From: Lama guanicoe
Taxonomy: Eukaryota
DNA length: 64,000 bases
NCBI GenBank assembly: GCA_013239625.1
Contig: MU053881.1
Location: 10,468,873-10,532,872, forward strand
Direction of reading: 5' to 3'
Under the pieces are notes generated by a model. It had not been told where the DNA came from. It searched no databases and was given only the letters and a program-made list of their open reading frames with translations. A program made the translations under genes and the position numbers. This document shows, piece after piece, positions 52,011-64,000 of this stretch. Position 1 is the stretch's first letter. Each line of letters starts with the position of its first letter.

Positions 52011-54757
52011 GGCTCCGAGAGATCTGAGCTGGATTTTCTCCCTGAGCAAGTAAGCAGCAGCAGACCCACAAAGACCCCCTGAGGGCACAATCTCACACTC
52101 TCACTCGGGTACCATCCTATTGTTTAAAAAATCTTTACCATGTGCAACATTTTCAAATTGTTTAGCTATTTCGGCTGCTGGCGGTGGACAGAAAAAGCCA
52201 GGAAAGCGGTAGGAGCAGTATTTTCTCACTCTGGACAACTTGCTAATGAGGTTTATCTCGGCCCCTACACTCAGAGAGAGTACTTAGTGTTCAAAAGGCT
52301 CGTGAGTGGGATCCTTGCAGCAATCCACATGCAAAATACAGCTGTGCAGAAAAGTGGCGTTTTTCACACCTTCCAATGAATCTGCTTCCGAGAGTCATGT
52401 GAACGCAAACCAAATTTGCTGCCAGCCTGTCCCACATGACTGCAGGGGGATATCTGCTCGAAGGTAGACAGCATTCTACTCTCTTCTTTTCACAACTCAT
52501 GTTCAGACATTTTACTCCTATCATTTTTTAGTAAGGCATTTTAAGATGTGCCTTCTCACAGTGATTACAAATTTCCTGCTATACATTAGTAAATTGCTAC
52601 CAATATTATAGTAATTACGCTTCTCATTGATATGTCTAACTTACTTGAATTCTTTTAATTCGTTGATCTTTTCACAGTATTTTGTGTCTTTTGGAGATTA
52701 CTCTAAACACCTTCACATTCAAAAAGTTGTTATATTTTTCAAGAAGTTGTTCATATAAAGATTGCCATAGGCCATTTTGTCATATTCAGAATATTCTATC
52801 AAATGAGAGAAAAATAGATACAATAAAATGCAACATCTTTCAATATATCTTTTATGTTTAAACTCATGAATTCTCTAATATAGCATGAATACTTGAATTA
52901 TTCCTCTCAATACATTAACGTAATATTTATAAAAATCATAATTGTGTATATATATAAACATATTCAAATTATGCAATTATTGTGTGTCTATCTCTTGTCT
53001 TGTTTCTTATCTCCAAATTAGATCCTAAATCCTTAGTCATCATTGTCAAGTTTCGAACTGTATCAATACGCAGTAAATTTAAATGGCAAATTTTTATATG
53101 AATGTTTAAGAGATTAAACTAATCATATGAATGTTCAATATCAAAATGTAATAATAAAACTAGCAGTGAACTTGGAAAATGCAAAACACTTAAAACTTTA
53201 CTTTTTCTTCAATTTGCTAATAGGAAGTTTTTCAAGCAGGACTGTTTTCAAGGATCAGACATCCACAAAATATTTTTCTTATGTTTCTTTCTCACCAGTC
53301 AACTGAGTATCTTCTTTGCATAACGTGCTTTCAAATCTTGAACCAGGTCAATACCCAGTATAAATAAGGTTAGATGTAGAAAAGAATGTCTTTGTGTCTC
53401 TATCTGGTCGTAGCCTATTTAGAATAAAGGAAATAAGATGGAGATCCTGAATACCATGGAAAGTTTCCTCTATATTCCATCTTGCTTATCCATAGAGATG
53501 ATTACCATATTACATTAGAGTGCGATGGGACTGCTGGGACAGGATTTAGATAATTATTGTAAATTTGGAAATTATCGAAATATTATGATACCTTCTATGT
53601 GTGATGCACCTTCATTCTGGGCCATTGTGTAACTTGTAAGGTTAAGGTGAATGTCAAAGGGATATCAAAATAGTCCAAGACCCCACTCACCGAATTCTCT
53701 CCCAATGTTGTATTGTCAGTTTGTGTTCTCTAAAGGCCTGGAGGGGAAGAGCCGAAGGAAGGGCTGAAGGAAGTCAGGATGCACGCTTGCTAACAGATGG
53801 ACAAGGAGTCAGTTCTGAGTTTCACCATAAATATGCCTTGGTTATTCTAGCTCATCTTTGAATTGCCCTCTTCCGAGCACTTTTGAAAAAAAATTTAGCA
53901 TGTGAGGAAATTTTCATCTAAAGGGAATTCGTTGTTACTTGAAATGTACACAACTTCCTGTATATATTTCACTTATCTGATGACTCCAAAGCACTCCTCC
54001 CTCTTAAGTACCAAAATTTCATAAGTAAGTATGTATTTCATTCACCTTTTCAATAATCTGTGAAAACAGAAATATCACAAACATTTAAAGCATTAAAATG
54101 AACTGATCCTTTATCATAAATATGAATGGTTTTAGCCAATGGTATATTGCAACTGAAGAGCTGTGTGGGGGTTCTGAGAGTGAATGAGGCTCTGGGTTAC
54201 TCCGCTGATCATGGGAGCAAAGAGCACATTTCAGGAACTTACCAGTGTTGCCTGGCCAAGTGCTACAGGAACTACTGTTGACACTGAAGTGAAGTAGAAT
54301 TTTTCACAAGATAGAGAATAAGTCAAAACAAAAAACAGCTCACCTTGAATAACCGAAAAAACAGAAAGGTTTTATGTCTAAGATAAAATGGGACCAGGTT
54401 GAAGACAATAAACTTCACTTTCTAAAAACCCTTCCATATCAAAATTGCTAAAGGAATTCTTCTTTAGAATATGAAGCAAAAACCAGGATCCTGAACGACA
54501 AAAATTAAATGTTTATTGGCTATTTAAATAAACACTGATTTGACAAAAATCTAATTAAAGGGAATAGTTGCTTACGCATACAAATAACATTTATTTTTCA
54601 TAATTCTATGGTGATATCATCAGTAAGATAATGCTCATAATAGCTGCATTTTTGCTAGATCTTTTTTTATGATAGGAATTTATTAAAACACTTTATGTTC
54701 AGTATTTAAATATATTTTCACATTATGAAGTATGGTAAGTTTTACTGACTGACTGAC

Positions 54758-55204
54758 TGCAGTGGTTTGAATAGTACCCCCAAAAGATACGTTCAAGTCT
54801 TAACCCTCACGACCTATTAATGTGATCTTACTTAGAAATAGGGTCTTTGCAGATATAATTACAGTAAGGATCTGAAGATAAAATCATCCCAGATTTAGGG
54901 TGGCCCTATATCCAATGACTGGTATCCTTGTAAGAAAAAAGAGAGGGGGGTTTGAGATACAGAGATGTATAGAAAAAAGGCCACATTAAAATCTATGTGA
55001 AGACAGAGGCAGAGACAGGAATTATATTAAACAGCTACAAGCCAAGGAATGCCAAAGTTTGCCGGAGCCACCAGAAGCTAGGAGACAGGCATGAAACAGA
55101 CTCTCCCTCAGAACCTCCAGAAGCAACCAACATTCCAGGACTATGAAAAAATAAACCACCAAGTTTATGGCAATTTATTATGGCAACACTAAGGAACGAA
55201 TACC
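54758..55204 (+). mobile_element. MaLR solo LTR, MLT1C-like
   Basis: 'aaatagggtctttgcagat', 'aagccaaggaatgcc', 'ccaccagaagctagg'; perfect 5-bp TSD ctgac at 54753-54757 and 55205-55209. Confidence 0.92.
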
Positions 55205-55829
55205 CTGACAAAAGTGCTAATTGCCTGGTATTCTGTTTATTCAATCATATGCTAATGACAGGTCAGGTTATCAGGGAGTGTGTATCTCCAGTTTGTATGA
55301 AGAAGGTTACAAGTGTTAGAGAGAAGGTCTTTGGGTTGGTTCTCAGAATTTCTTAGTGAGGACAGATGCGGTCAGACGTTTTGGTTTCACTCCCAGCCTA
55401 CTGGTAATTAAATGAAAACCAGGAAACTTAAGTTATTTGACTAAGCTCATTAAGCATCCTAGGACTGAAACTGGAAAAGCCCCAGTACGTGACCCCATTG
55501 TAAGTTTCCCTCCCCTCTATTACACACACACACACACACACTCACACCCACACACACAAATATACCTTGCCAAGCATCTGAATGTGAACCACTAGCCTGA
55601 TAAAACATCTCATAGCATTTGCCTATGTGCAAAGTAGAAAAAGATAATTTATTAGAATTAGTAAATAAGTTTTTTTAAAAAAGATTTTTATTACGAAGAC
55701 AACATATGCACACACACACATACACACACTGATTAGGTTTCTCTTATAAGAAATATACAGTGGAAAATAAAATTTTAAAAATTTAGGATGGTATCAGATA
55801 TACCAGCTACCTAAGAAAATTTCTAACAA

Positions 55830-56005
55830 ATAAAAAACAGAAGACCTCAAAATGTTTTGAGTTAGAGCAAACCAAAATAAAATAAATGGAGAGAAATATT
55901 ATGTTCATGTACTAAAAAGAGATTTAATACCGAAAAGATGTCAATTATACCAGTCTGATATGTAGAGTCAATGCAATTTCAATCCAAATCCCAAGAGTCT
56001 TCTGC

Positions 56006-56053
<48 letters not shown>

Positions 56054-57530
56054 CAGAGACAGAGACAGAGACAGAGACAGAGAGAGACTTTTTAAACTAA
56101 TTCTAAAACTTACATGGAAATACAAAATGACAATAACAGCCAAGACAGCCTTGAGGGAGACAAGGAGGACGGAAAAGTTGCTCTACTGGATGTTAAGACT
56201 TATTATAGAACCACTATAGCTAGGAGAGTTTGGTATTTGTTAATTTTCATATAGACCAATGGAACATTATTAGAATGGTCAGAACAAATCCGTATCCTTA
56301 TGTACCCTATTTATAATAAAGGTGGCATTGGCATTGCAGAGCAGTGAGGAAAAGACAGCTATTTCAATAAATGATATTGGTTCAACTATACCTCCATCTT
56401 GAAATACAGAATAAAATTTGACTCTTACTTAACTCTATGCACAATCGTCAATTCTAAACAGATTGTAGATCTCAATTTGAAAGGCATAACAATATGCTTC
56501 CAAAGATTATTAATATGGTCTTGAAGGGTAGGGAAATCGCTGTTAAATGGTAAGCACTAACGATAAGCAAAATATTGATAAATTAAACCACATTAAATGA
56601 AAAAACTTTTATTTATCAGAAGATACCATCAGAAGAATAAAAGGCAAGCTCCAGAGTGGGAGGATATATCCATAACATAAAACTGGTAATATGTCAGTAC
56701 AAAACCGACATGCAACCCAAGAGAAAAAAATATCAGGTCAGTTGAATGTGACTTCACACGCAGAAAATAATAAACATATACAAATGGGCTTAGTCTCAAT
56801 AGCAAACAGGGAACTGCAATTTCAAATTACCAGAGGACATCACCCTATACCTATCAGGGTGACTAATGTGAAAGCTCAAAAGACCTAGTGTTGGAGAGGA
56901 TGTGATCCACCTGGAACTCACGTCCTTTTGCTGGTACTGCACGTTGCTAAAGTCACTACTGAAAACCATTTGGCACGATCTTCTGAAGATGAACAAATAC
57001 ATATCGTATACCCCATACAGGCCTAACTGAAATACTCACATCGGCCCAAAAGACCCCTAGAAGGGAATTTACAAGAGATGTGTACAAAGATGTTCAGTTT
57101 TATTTGCAATACACAGAAGTGTCAGAAGTCCCAAATGTCCACATGCATTGAGAGTGCTAAATAGTATATTCATACGATATCCCTTTGTATTTCGAAGTAC
57201 ACACCAAGAAAAGTAACTGAAATACGGCTACATGCAATAACAATGGATGAACCACAGAATGCTGAGCAAGGAAGTCAGGCACACACACAAAAAAACATGT
57301 GCATGATTCCAGTTACATAAAGTTTAAAAGCAAGTAAAACTAACATATTAGAAGTCAGGGCAATGTCTACCTTTAGAGAAGAGAAAGGGGCTGAGTATCA
57401 GTATTGACTATATCCTACCTTTGGACCAACATGGTGGGTACACGGTACTCACGATGTGATAATCCACTGAGATATATGGTTATTGACATTTTCCTGCATG
57501 TGTATGATCATTAAATATAAATGTAAAGGT
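55830..57530 (+). mobile_element. Old L1M (MC/ME-type) ORF2 3' half and 3'UTR
   Basis: 'aataaatggagaga', 'attctaaaacttacatggaa', 'atagaccaatggaaca', 'atttcaataaatgatattgg', 'gaaaaccatttggca'. Confidence 0.8.
56007..56088. repeat. Compound (TG)n-(AG)n-(AGAGAC)n microsatellite
   Basis: read directly. Confidence 0.95.
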
Positions 57531-57534
57531 CTGA

Positions 57535-57665
57535 AAATAATATGCAAGGCAAACACAAAATAAAGAAAACCAGTATAATCTTCTTAACAACAGACAAAAC
57601 ATATTTTAAGGCCAAAGGAATAACTAGAGAGAAAGAGGAGATACCTGTCTTCGTACATGTTATGC
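57535..57665 (+). mobile_element. L1 ORF2 endonuclease-domain fragment
   Basis: peptide 'KKTSIIFLTTDKTYFKAKGITREKEE' resembles L1 EN 'KKAGVAILISDKIDFK..I.RDKEG'. Confidence 0.6.
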
Positions 57666-59349
57666 TTGAAATAGTTATTATGCTTTCAAACAGAAGTGTT
57701 GAGGAGTCATCCAAATGTAAGAGTGTAAAATTTATGGCAAAAGCTAGTACAGGAACTAACTTCCAACTGGAGTTTTGGTATCAACACATAGGAAGTATTC
57801 ACAGCCAGGGGACAAGTTGAGCGCAGCCAGGTAAGAGAGATTATCAGTTCAAAATAAACCCAGTGACGAAGCCACGGAGTACTGCTCGTTAAAGAGCGAA
57901 GAGACAAATGAGGTGAAATTCTCGTCTTCATGTGCATCAGCAAATAGCATGCGAGTCTGCCCTAAGTGCTGCCAGCATTTCAACTTCGGAAATTTTTGAT
58001 CCATTTTTCAGATCTGCGTTGGGAGAGCAATTTGATACGCCAGGTTCCAATGTCTAAAATGATTCTACCACGTTGAGGTGGGGATTTTTTTCCCTATCAC
58101 TACTCCCTGGTCCTACAATCAGCAGAATGCCAGGAACACACACTTTTACTAGAATCTCCCTGTCTCTTTCCCCTATCTGAATGCTTTTCTCGTTGGACCT
58201 AAAGATTCTCAGAAGGAACATTCCACACTCAGTACCTGCCCCTCCCGCCACACGCCCTGGGAAGGCTTTCTGTCTTGTTTATTGTGTTTCAAAGTAACAC
58301 AGTATGTGTGCCGGGATGTGTTGGGATGAACCCGAGCACTCTAAAACCACATCCAGGCTACATACAACAGGACAGCTGCACAGATGTCTGTGTTACGAGC
58401 TGGGTTGGTATTAAGTCTGTGAGTCAGATGGCAAAGGGGTGAAGTGACTTCTTACCTGTTTCCCCTCATCTTTGATTTTATGAGGTGAAATCTATGTAGA
58501 TATTTCTTTTGCCAGATTCCCTGGCACTGTATTTAATGTGATTCCCACTGGATTACTGATTAAAAAGATTTTATAAATATGCAGAGCTTTGATCTTTTAC
58601 CCTTGCTCTTACCCATCTTACCCATGCTAATGTACTGCTTCTGAAATTCTGTTTCATAGTTTCTCACTTGAAGTTGTCCTGGACTTCATTTCTACCAAGT
58701 GCTGTCAAGGGGGGCTGAGCACACAGTCTGCTTCACATCCAGTTCCTCACTCAGAAGGGGAGGAGCGGGAGTTCAATGCAATGTATAGGTTCAGTCAGAG
58801 AAAACAACTGCTAAATTGAGAAGTTGAACAGTATTCCTTTATATGAAAGAAAATGTACACACTGTCCCTCTGATGCATTTTTGACCTCACAGATGTGCAG
58901 CAGATAGAAAATGTTTTGCAGATCATTGAGACAATGAAGGGTGACCACGTGAACACGATGCCTGATTATGTCCCTGCAGTCTGGTGGAGATGCAAGACTT
59001 GATCTAAGTCTAGGTCTTACTACCAATTACTTGTATGATCTCAGGTTGGCAGCACAGAAACAAACACTCTCTAAAGATAACTCAAAGAGAGCTTTGGGAA
59101 AAAAAGAGAGAGAGAGAGCTTTGGGTTGTGAGTTTGGAGTATGATGAATGATATAAAATGGTTTCAGAAACCTTAAATAGTGTTAAAACATTATTAGTAA
59201 CTATTAACTCGATTATGCTTACCATTTCTGGACAGCATCATGGTAACTGTTGCATAGGTAATGTATCTAAACCTCCCAAGAACCAGTCTAAATGATCACA
59301 GTGAATATCTACTTGTTGGTCTGTCTAGCAACTATTATTACCTTTTCTT

Positions 59350-59710
59350 CTAATGAGCCTTCATTGCTCCTCCACAGGACCACCCCCTCCCCACAAGTGC
59401 TCCTTTTGCAGTTGATTTTATAGCAGCTTCATCACTTGGCAATGTGGAATGTCTCCAGAACGAACCTGTGACTAGTTCACAGCCATGGGGACATCATTTT
59501 GGATGGAATACTGAACCAAGACTTTCTTCTATTCCTGCCACCTGAGAACCTGAAAGATTGTTGTCACAGAAACAACTGGGAACTCTCTCATCACCAAGGC
59601 ATGAAGACGGAGCTCACCCAGAAGAAATAAGAATGACGGATGGGTCTTGGGGTACAGCATGAATTCAGAATTTCTGAATCAAGCTGCACCTGAATCTGCC
59701 ACTTTAGCCA
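59350..59710 (+). mobile_element. ERVL LTR fragment, LTR16-like
   Basis: 'ccaccccctccccac', 'ctgaatcaagctgcacctgaa'. Confidence 0.4.
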
Positions 59711-59827
59711 GAAGGATTCCCAAAGGACAGAGACGAGTAGAAGTGATAGCAGTATCCCATGTCACTTATGAAGAGCCCGTAGTTCAGAAATATCAAATAA
59801 TTTTTCTGAATGCCATCTGTGTGCATA

Positions 59828-59828
<1 letters not shown>

Positions 59829-59868
<40 letters not shown>

Positions 59869-59885
59869 TACGTATATATGTATAT
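59829..59885. repeat. (CA)n/(TA)n microsatellite
   Basis: read directly. Confidence 0.9.
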
Positions 59886-62171
59886 ACTGAAAAAGAGCTA
59901 GAATTTGAATTCCAGAGCCTGTTTTGGGTTCTCTACCTAGATATGGGTAATTTATTGGTCCATAAATATTTGTGTGTGAGTATGTATGTGTGTGTGTGTG
60001 CTTGTGTATTCAATACTGAAGATCAGCTTTGTTGTAATGACACAATTTAAACATTATTTATTATTTTGAGACTACCCTAAAGGAAAAGAATCCTAGAAAT
60101 AAATAGGATCATTTTTTTCCTCTTTTTAATAAACAGGAGCACTTCATTTCAACACGCATGTTTATTTCCATGGTATTTATCCTATATTGAATAGAAGACT
60201 TTAAAGGACATAAGCTCTGAGAAATGATGGCATGGGCTGAAAACACATTTGCAATTTCGTATTTATACATTAAGTACGTAAATATATATACTTACAAACA
60301 GTCATTTTATGCAACATTCAGAATGTATATTGAACTGAATCAAATTTGATTTTAAGATATAAGAAACGTATTGCCTCTTAGACATTATGAGCCTCTTTTT
60401 GAGAGTTATAGAAAGTTGTTAATTTTTAAGTGATTGAGACCAGGCCAGGCTGATGTTGCACATTTAAATGTTCTAAAATGTTGAGTATAACTGATACAAT
60501 ATTTAAGTAAAAAGGGTCAGTCCTGAATCCATCAGCACTTGTACTGACTGTGATTTAGAGATTTCTAATGGGATACTTCTCTCTGTGTGAATCTGTTCAC
60601 TGTCTCCAGGTAAGATACAATTTCTTGGGAATTAAAGCCAGTGTTGTCTAACTCACCATCACTTTTCCAATGACAGAAACACTGGGAAATAATAAAGAGT
60701 GACCAAACAACGGAACCACCAAATGTTTTTGTTGATGTCACTGGAAGAGCAAAATGTACAGGTAATACACAGGAAAGGTCCTTCATGGACCGTGAGATAC
60801 ACAACCTTCTGTGTCCAAACTACACATCAACATCATGCAAACCTCCTTCAGCCCCTACAGGAGCAAGCACTGGCATTTAGAAGCACACTTTTTGAAGAGC
60901 AAGGCTGTGATTGTCAGGGCTATGGAAGGCTGTTCTTCTCAGAATCACAAGTCAATAATCTGAAAAGAGGTTTATATTTCAGATGTTGGGTGTCAATTGT
61001 TTCTGTCAACATTGTATTTGCCAGGAAAATCTGTCAAGTATGTATGATAATGTGACAGCTCTAAGCATTGTCTTACGCATGGAAAAAAAAAAGGTATGGA
61101 CTGAGTGGCAGTCCTGTATCTCTCAGAAAATACAGGGAAAAAAAAAAAAGAGAAACCTATTAATGCCTGTAGGATTTAATTTTCTTTCCATAATAAAAGC
61201 ACGGCCAATATTATTTGATTATTCAAAGGAGGGTAAGAAGTACAAGAAGGGCCCTAACAAAGCATAAATCTCATTCTAGCAGGTAGATACTGGCAGGTAC
61301 TGAAAACCGTCTTGAATAACAAATATTTCCTCTAGTTTCTGATCTTGTAAAAGTGAGTCTGTGCAACAACAGACCAGAATGCTACCTGCTGTGTGTATAC
61401 AAACAAACAAACAGGAAAGTGGAGGAATGAAGAGCATCTGAAATGTCATCACTTATGATTTTAGGTAGAGATGTTTAGGTGGTAGGTCATAGGAAACCTA
61501 ACTATTATTTGCTCCAGGAAGACAGACTTTAATCATCTCACTTGGAGGAAGTATGGAAAAGGCAGTTGTGGGACCGATCCAGCAATGTCCTGCTTTGTTC
61601 TCATCGGATTTTCAGCTTGGGCTTGTGTTAGAGTCACACTATAGATGTCACAACCCCAGAATCTTATCTTCACACCAGTGATCTGAGCACAGAGAAGGGG
61701 CAAGTACACGACTTTAATTTTATCAGAGAGGAAGACCTTTTGTTGATACTCAAAAAAAATCTGCCATTTATCTACTTTTGGTCGTAACTGTGTCACTGGG
61801 CACCCTGAATTAGGAGAGAGGTTGAAAAGTGATTATCAGCAATGGGATGGTCACACCTGGCTCATGTAATTACCACTCAGTCCACTGCGCTGGGTGCAAT
61901 GCTGCACTGAACAAGACTGGGGCCCTGTAAGGAAAAATGGTAATTGGAGAAGCAATAATGGTCTGGGACAGCTATCCAGGAACTATGAACTTCTTTCTGT
62001 TTCCCGTTCTACCTCACACATCTCAACTAGCCTGTTCACGGAACCGGCCTAAACTCTCAACTTTGTAACTCGGACATAGGACACAAAATATGAGAATAAG
62101 AATGTGGGAATCATGTCTTTTTCTTAACTGATTCACAGCGCTTTGCGGGGGTGGATTTACAAATAAGGGGA

Positions 62172-62580
62172 CATTTAGGTTGAATGGTGGTTCTCAAATG
62201 ATATATACATTCTAATTCCCAGAAACTGTGAATTTGTCCTTGTTTGAGAAGAGAGTCTCTGCAGATGTAAGGATTCTGAGATGCGATCATCTGGGATTAT
62301 CTAGGAGAGCCCTGAAGCTCATGACATTTATTTTATGAGATACGAAGGGGGAGCTTTGACAGAATGGGAGGAGGCACTGTGTCCCCAGAGCCAGAGACTG
62401 GAGTAATGCAGCCACAGGCCAGGAAGCCCTTGGCAGCACTGGAAGTTGGAAAAGTCAAGGGATGCCATCGCCCTTAGAGCCTTCAGAGAGAGCACAATCG
62501 TTCTGACCCTCTGATTTCACACTTCCGGTCTGGAACTGCGAGAGAATACACTTCTTTTGTTTTAAGCCACCAAGTTTGTT
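62172..62580 (+). mobile_element. MaLR LTR, MLT1C/D-like, 3' end clipped
   Basis: 'tgcagatgtaaggatt', 'gcagccacaggccaggaa', 'agagccttcagagagagcac', 'gaactgcgagagaata..tgttttaagccaccaagtttg'. Confidence 0.85.
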
Positions 62581-62634
62581 CTTTCCTTCTTTCTTCATCC
62601 CTTCTCTCTTTCTCTCTCTCTCTCTTTTTTTTTT

Positions 62635-63560
62635 TTTGTGGTCTTATCTGCTTTTTTGTATTGGTATTAGAGTTTATATTAAATTATAATGAAATAATCT
62701 GTTAAAGTCTAGAAGAAGTTGTCAGTGACTGTCTGGTCCAGATGACTTTATATGCGGGTTAATTTTGTTGTCCTCGGCATTCACTTGTGACAGCCTTTAT
62801 GTTTTCACTTGATTCAGTTCTGATACGGTATGCATTCTAAGAATTTCCTTAGTGTTCAAGCTTAGTAGCATAATGCTCTTCCTCTTTTTTTTTTCTTAAA
62901 TCTTTGTCGTATCTGTAATGATGTCTCCTTGTTAAGTACAAAAGTGGTCAGTTATTTTAAACTGATCTTAGCAGAGGTTTGTCTAATTTTTATTAGCCTT
63001 TTCCAGAAAAAAAAAATGTTTGGATTTTTGATCCTCTGTGTTGTTAGTATTTTTCTTTCATTCATTATATTCTTACCCTTCTAATTTCTCAACAACTTCT
63101 TTATTCGGAGGTATAAGCTGTTCTTTTAACAACATTTTACTTTGTGTGTTAACTTTGAGCTTTTTTCTTTAGCTAAGTCGGTAACTGGAAGCCTATGAAT
63201 TTTGAAATTAGTGCATGTTCTGTACTGAAGTTATGGTACGTGGTATTTTTACTATCATTCAGTTTTAAACATGTGTAAAATTACATTATGTTTTATTTGA
63301 CCTATGTAATTATTTGAAAGATTTTTCTTTTTTGTTTCTTTTTGTCTGACTTAATACATGGGAGGAATGTGTTGAAAATATCCAAGTGGGTTGTGACGCT
63401 TGTCAGTTTTGCCCCCAGATTATGCCGCTATTTGCTTATTGCATTTGAGACTATTCTATTAGAAACATATGTAAGTTTAGAATCGCTGTATCTTCATCAT
63501 GAAACATTTTATTGTGTATTATGAGCTTTTACTGTATATAATGCGTCCTCCTCAAATCCT
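62635..63560 (-). mobile_element. Degraded old L1M ORF2 fragment
   Basis: T-rich antisense L1 motifs 'agaggtttgtctaatttttattagccttttccagaaaa', 'ttgacctatgtaattatttgaa'. Confidence 0.65.
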
Positions 63561-63729
63561 GGGACTATTCCTAGGTTTTTAGTCTAGATCTACCAGTTAC
63601 TGTCTGTATGATTTTGGAAAGCTTATGTAAACTATTAATAAGAACTAGTGAAAAAACTAATAGGGAATGGGAATGGGCAGGTAAGGTGCTTAAAATTAAG
63701 CCTGGGACAAATCAGTGTTATAAAGTGTA

Positions 63730-63904
63730 ACATACTATATAGCACAGGGAAATATCTACAAGATCTTATGGTAACTCACAGTGAAAAAAAATGTGACAAT
63801 GAATATATATATGTTCATGTATAACTGAAAAATTGTGCTCTACACTGAAATTTGACTCAACATTGTAAAATGACTATAACTCACTAAAAAAAAGTTAAAA
63901 AAAA
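63730..63904 (+). mobile_element. Young lineage-specific L1 3' end
   Basis: 'tatagcacagggaaatat..tgttcatgtataactgaaaaattgtgctctacactg..gactataactc' plus A tail. Confidence 0.88.
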
Positions 63905-64000
63905 CCACTCCTCAATAGGGAAATGCAAATCAAAACCACAATGAGATATTATCTAGTAGCTGTTAGAATGGTTACCATCCAAATGACAAAAAAGTAACAA
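63905..64000 (+). mobile_element. L1 ORF2 fragment running off the window end
   Basis: 'atagggaaatgcaaatcaaaaccacaatgagata' translates to IGKCK/REMQIKTTMRY-type L1 ORF2 motif, followed by VRMVTI. Confidence 0.85.

Noticed and set aside
60699..61055. 118-aa ORF
   Set aside because: Non-ATG start, no recognisable domain, length within chance expectation for 64 kb
1..64000. CRISPR array, operon, prophage, defence system, NUMT or intact endogenous viral ORF
   Set aside because: Sequence is mammalian repeat-rich non-coding DNA; no regularly spaced repeats, no long ORFs, no mitochondrial or gag/pol/env motifs seen

Overview
AT-rich mammalian non-coding DNA, intronic or intergenic. It is most likely from a camelid (camel/alpaca/llama), inferred from two copies of a tRNA-derived SINE with the camelid-type tail and from young L1 3' ends. 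I found no supportable protein-coding gene, RNA gene or CRISPR array. ORFs in the track that resemble real proteins are decayed LINE-1 ORF2 pieces; decayed Tigger1 transposase motifs are readable in the DNA. Much of the window is interspersed repeat: L1, HAL1, L2, L3/CR1, MIR, MLT1/LTR16-type LTRs, MER hAT elements and Tigger1. Family names come from recalled consensus sequences, not a database search, and boundaries of old repeats are approximate. The best-supported structural observations are a multi-layer transposon nest at 43.1-47.2 kb containing a twin-primed (5'-inverted) L1 with intact TSDs, a 5.3-kb L1 that keeps its 5'UTR and ORF2 but lacks ORF1, and an unassigned 33-bp-arm inverted repeat at 1.76-1.90 kb. 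The most interesting speculative signal is a recursive-splice-site-like motif (CAG|GTAAGA) at 60.6 kb, plus several candidate non-coding exons. I did not find convincing evidence for a novel biological system.
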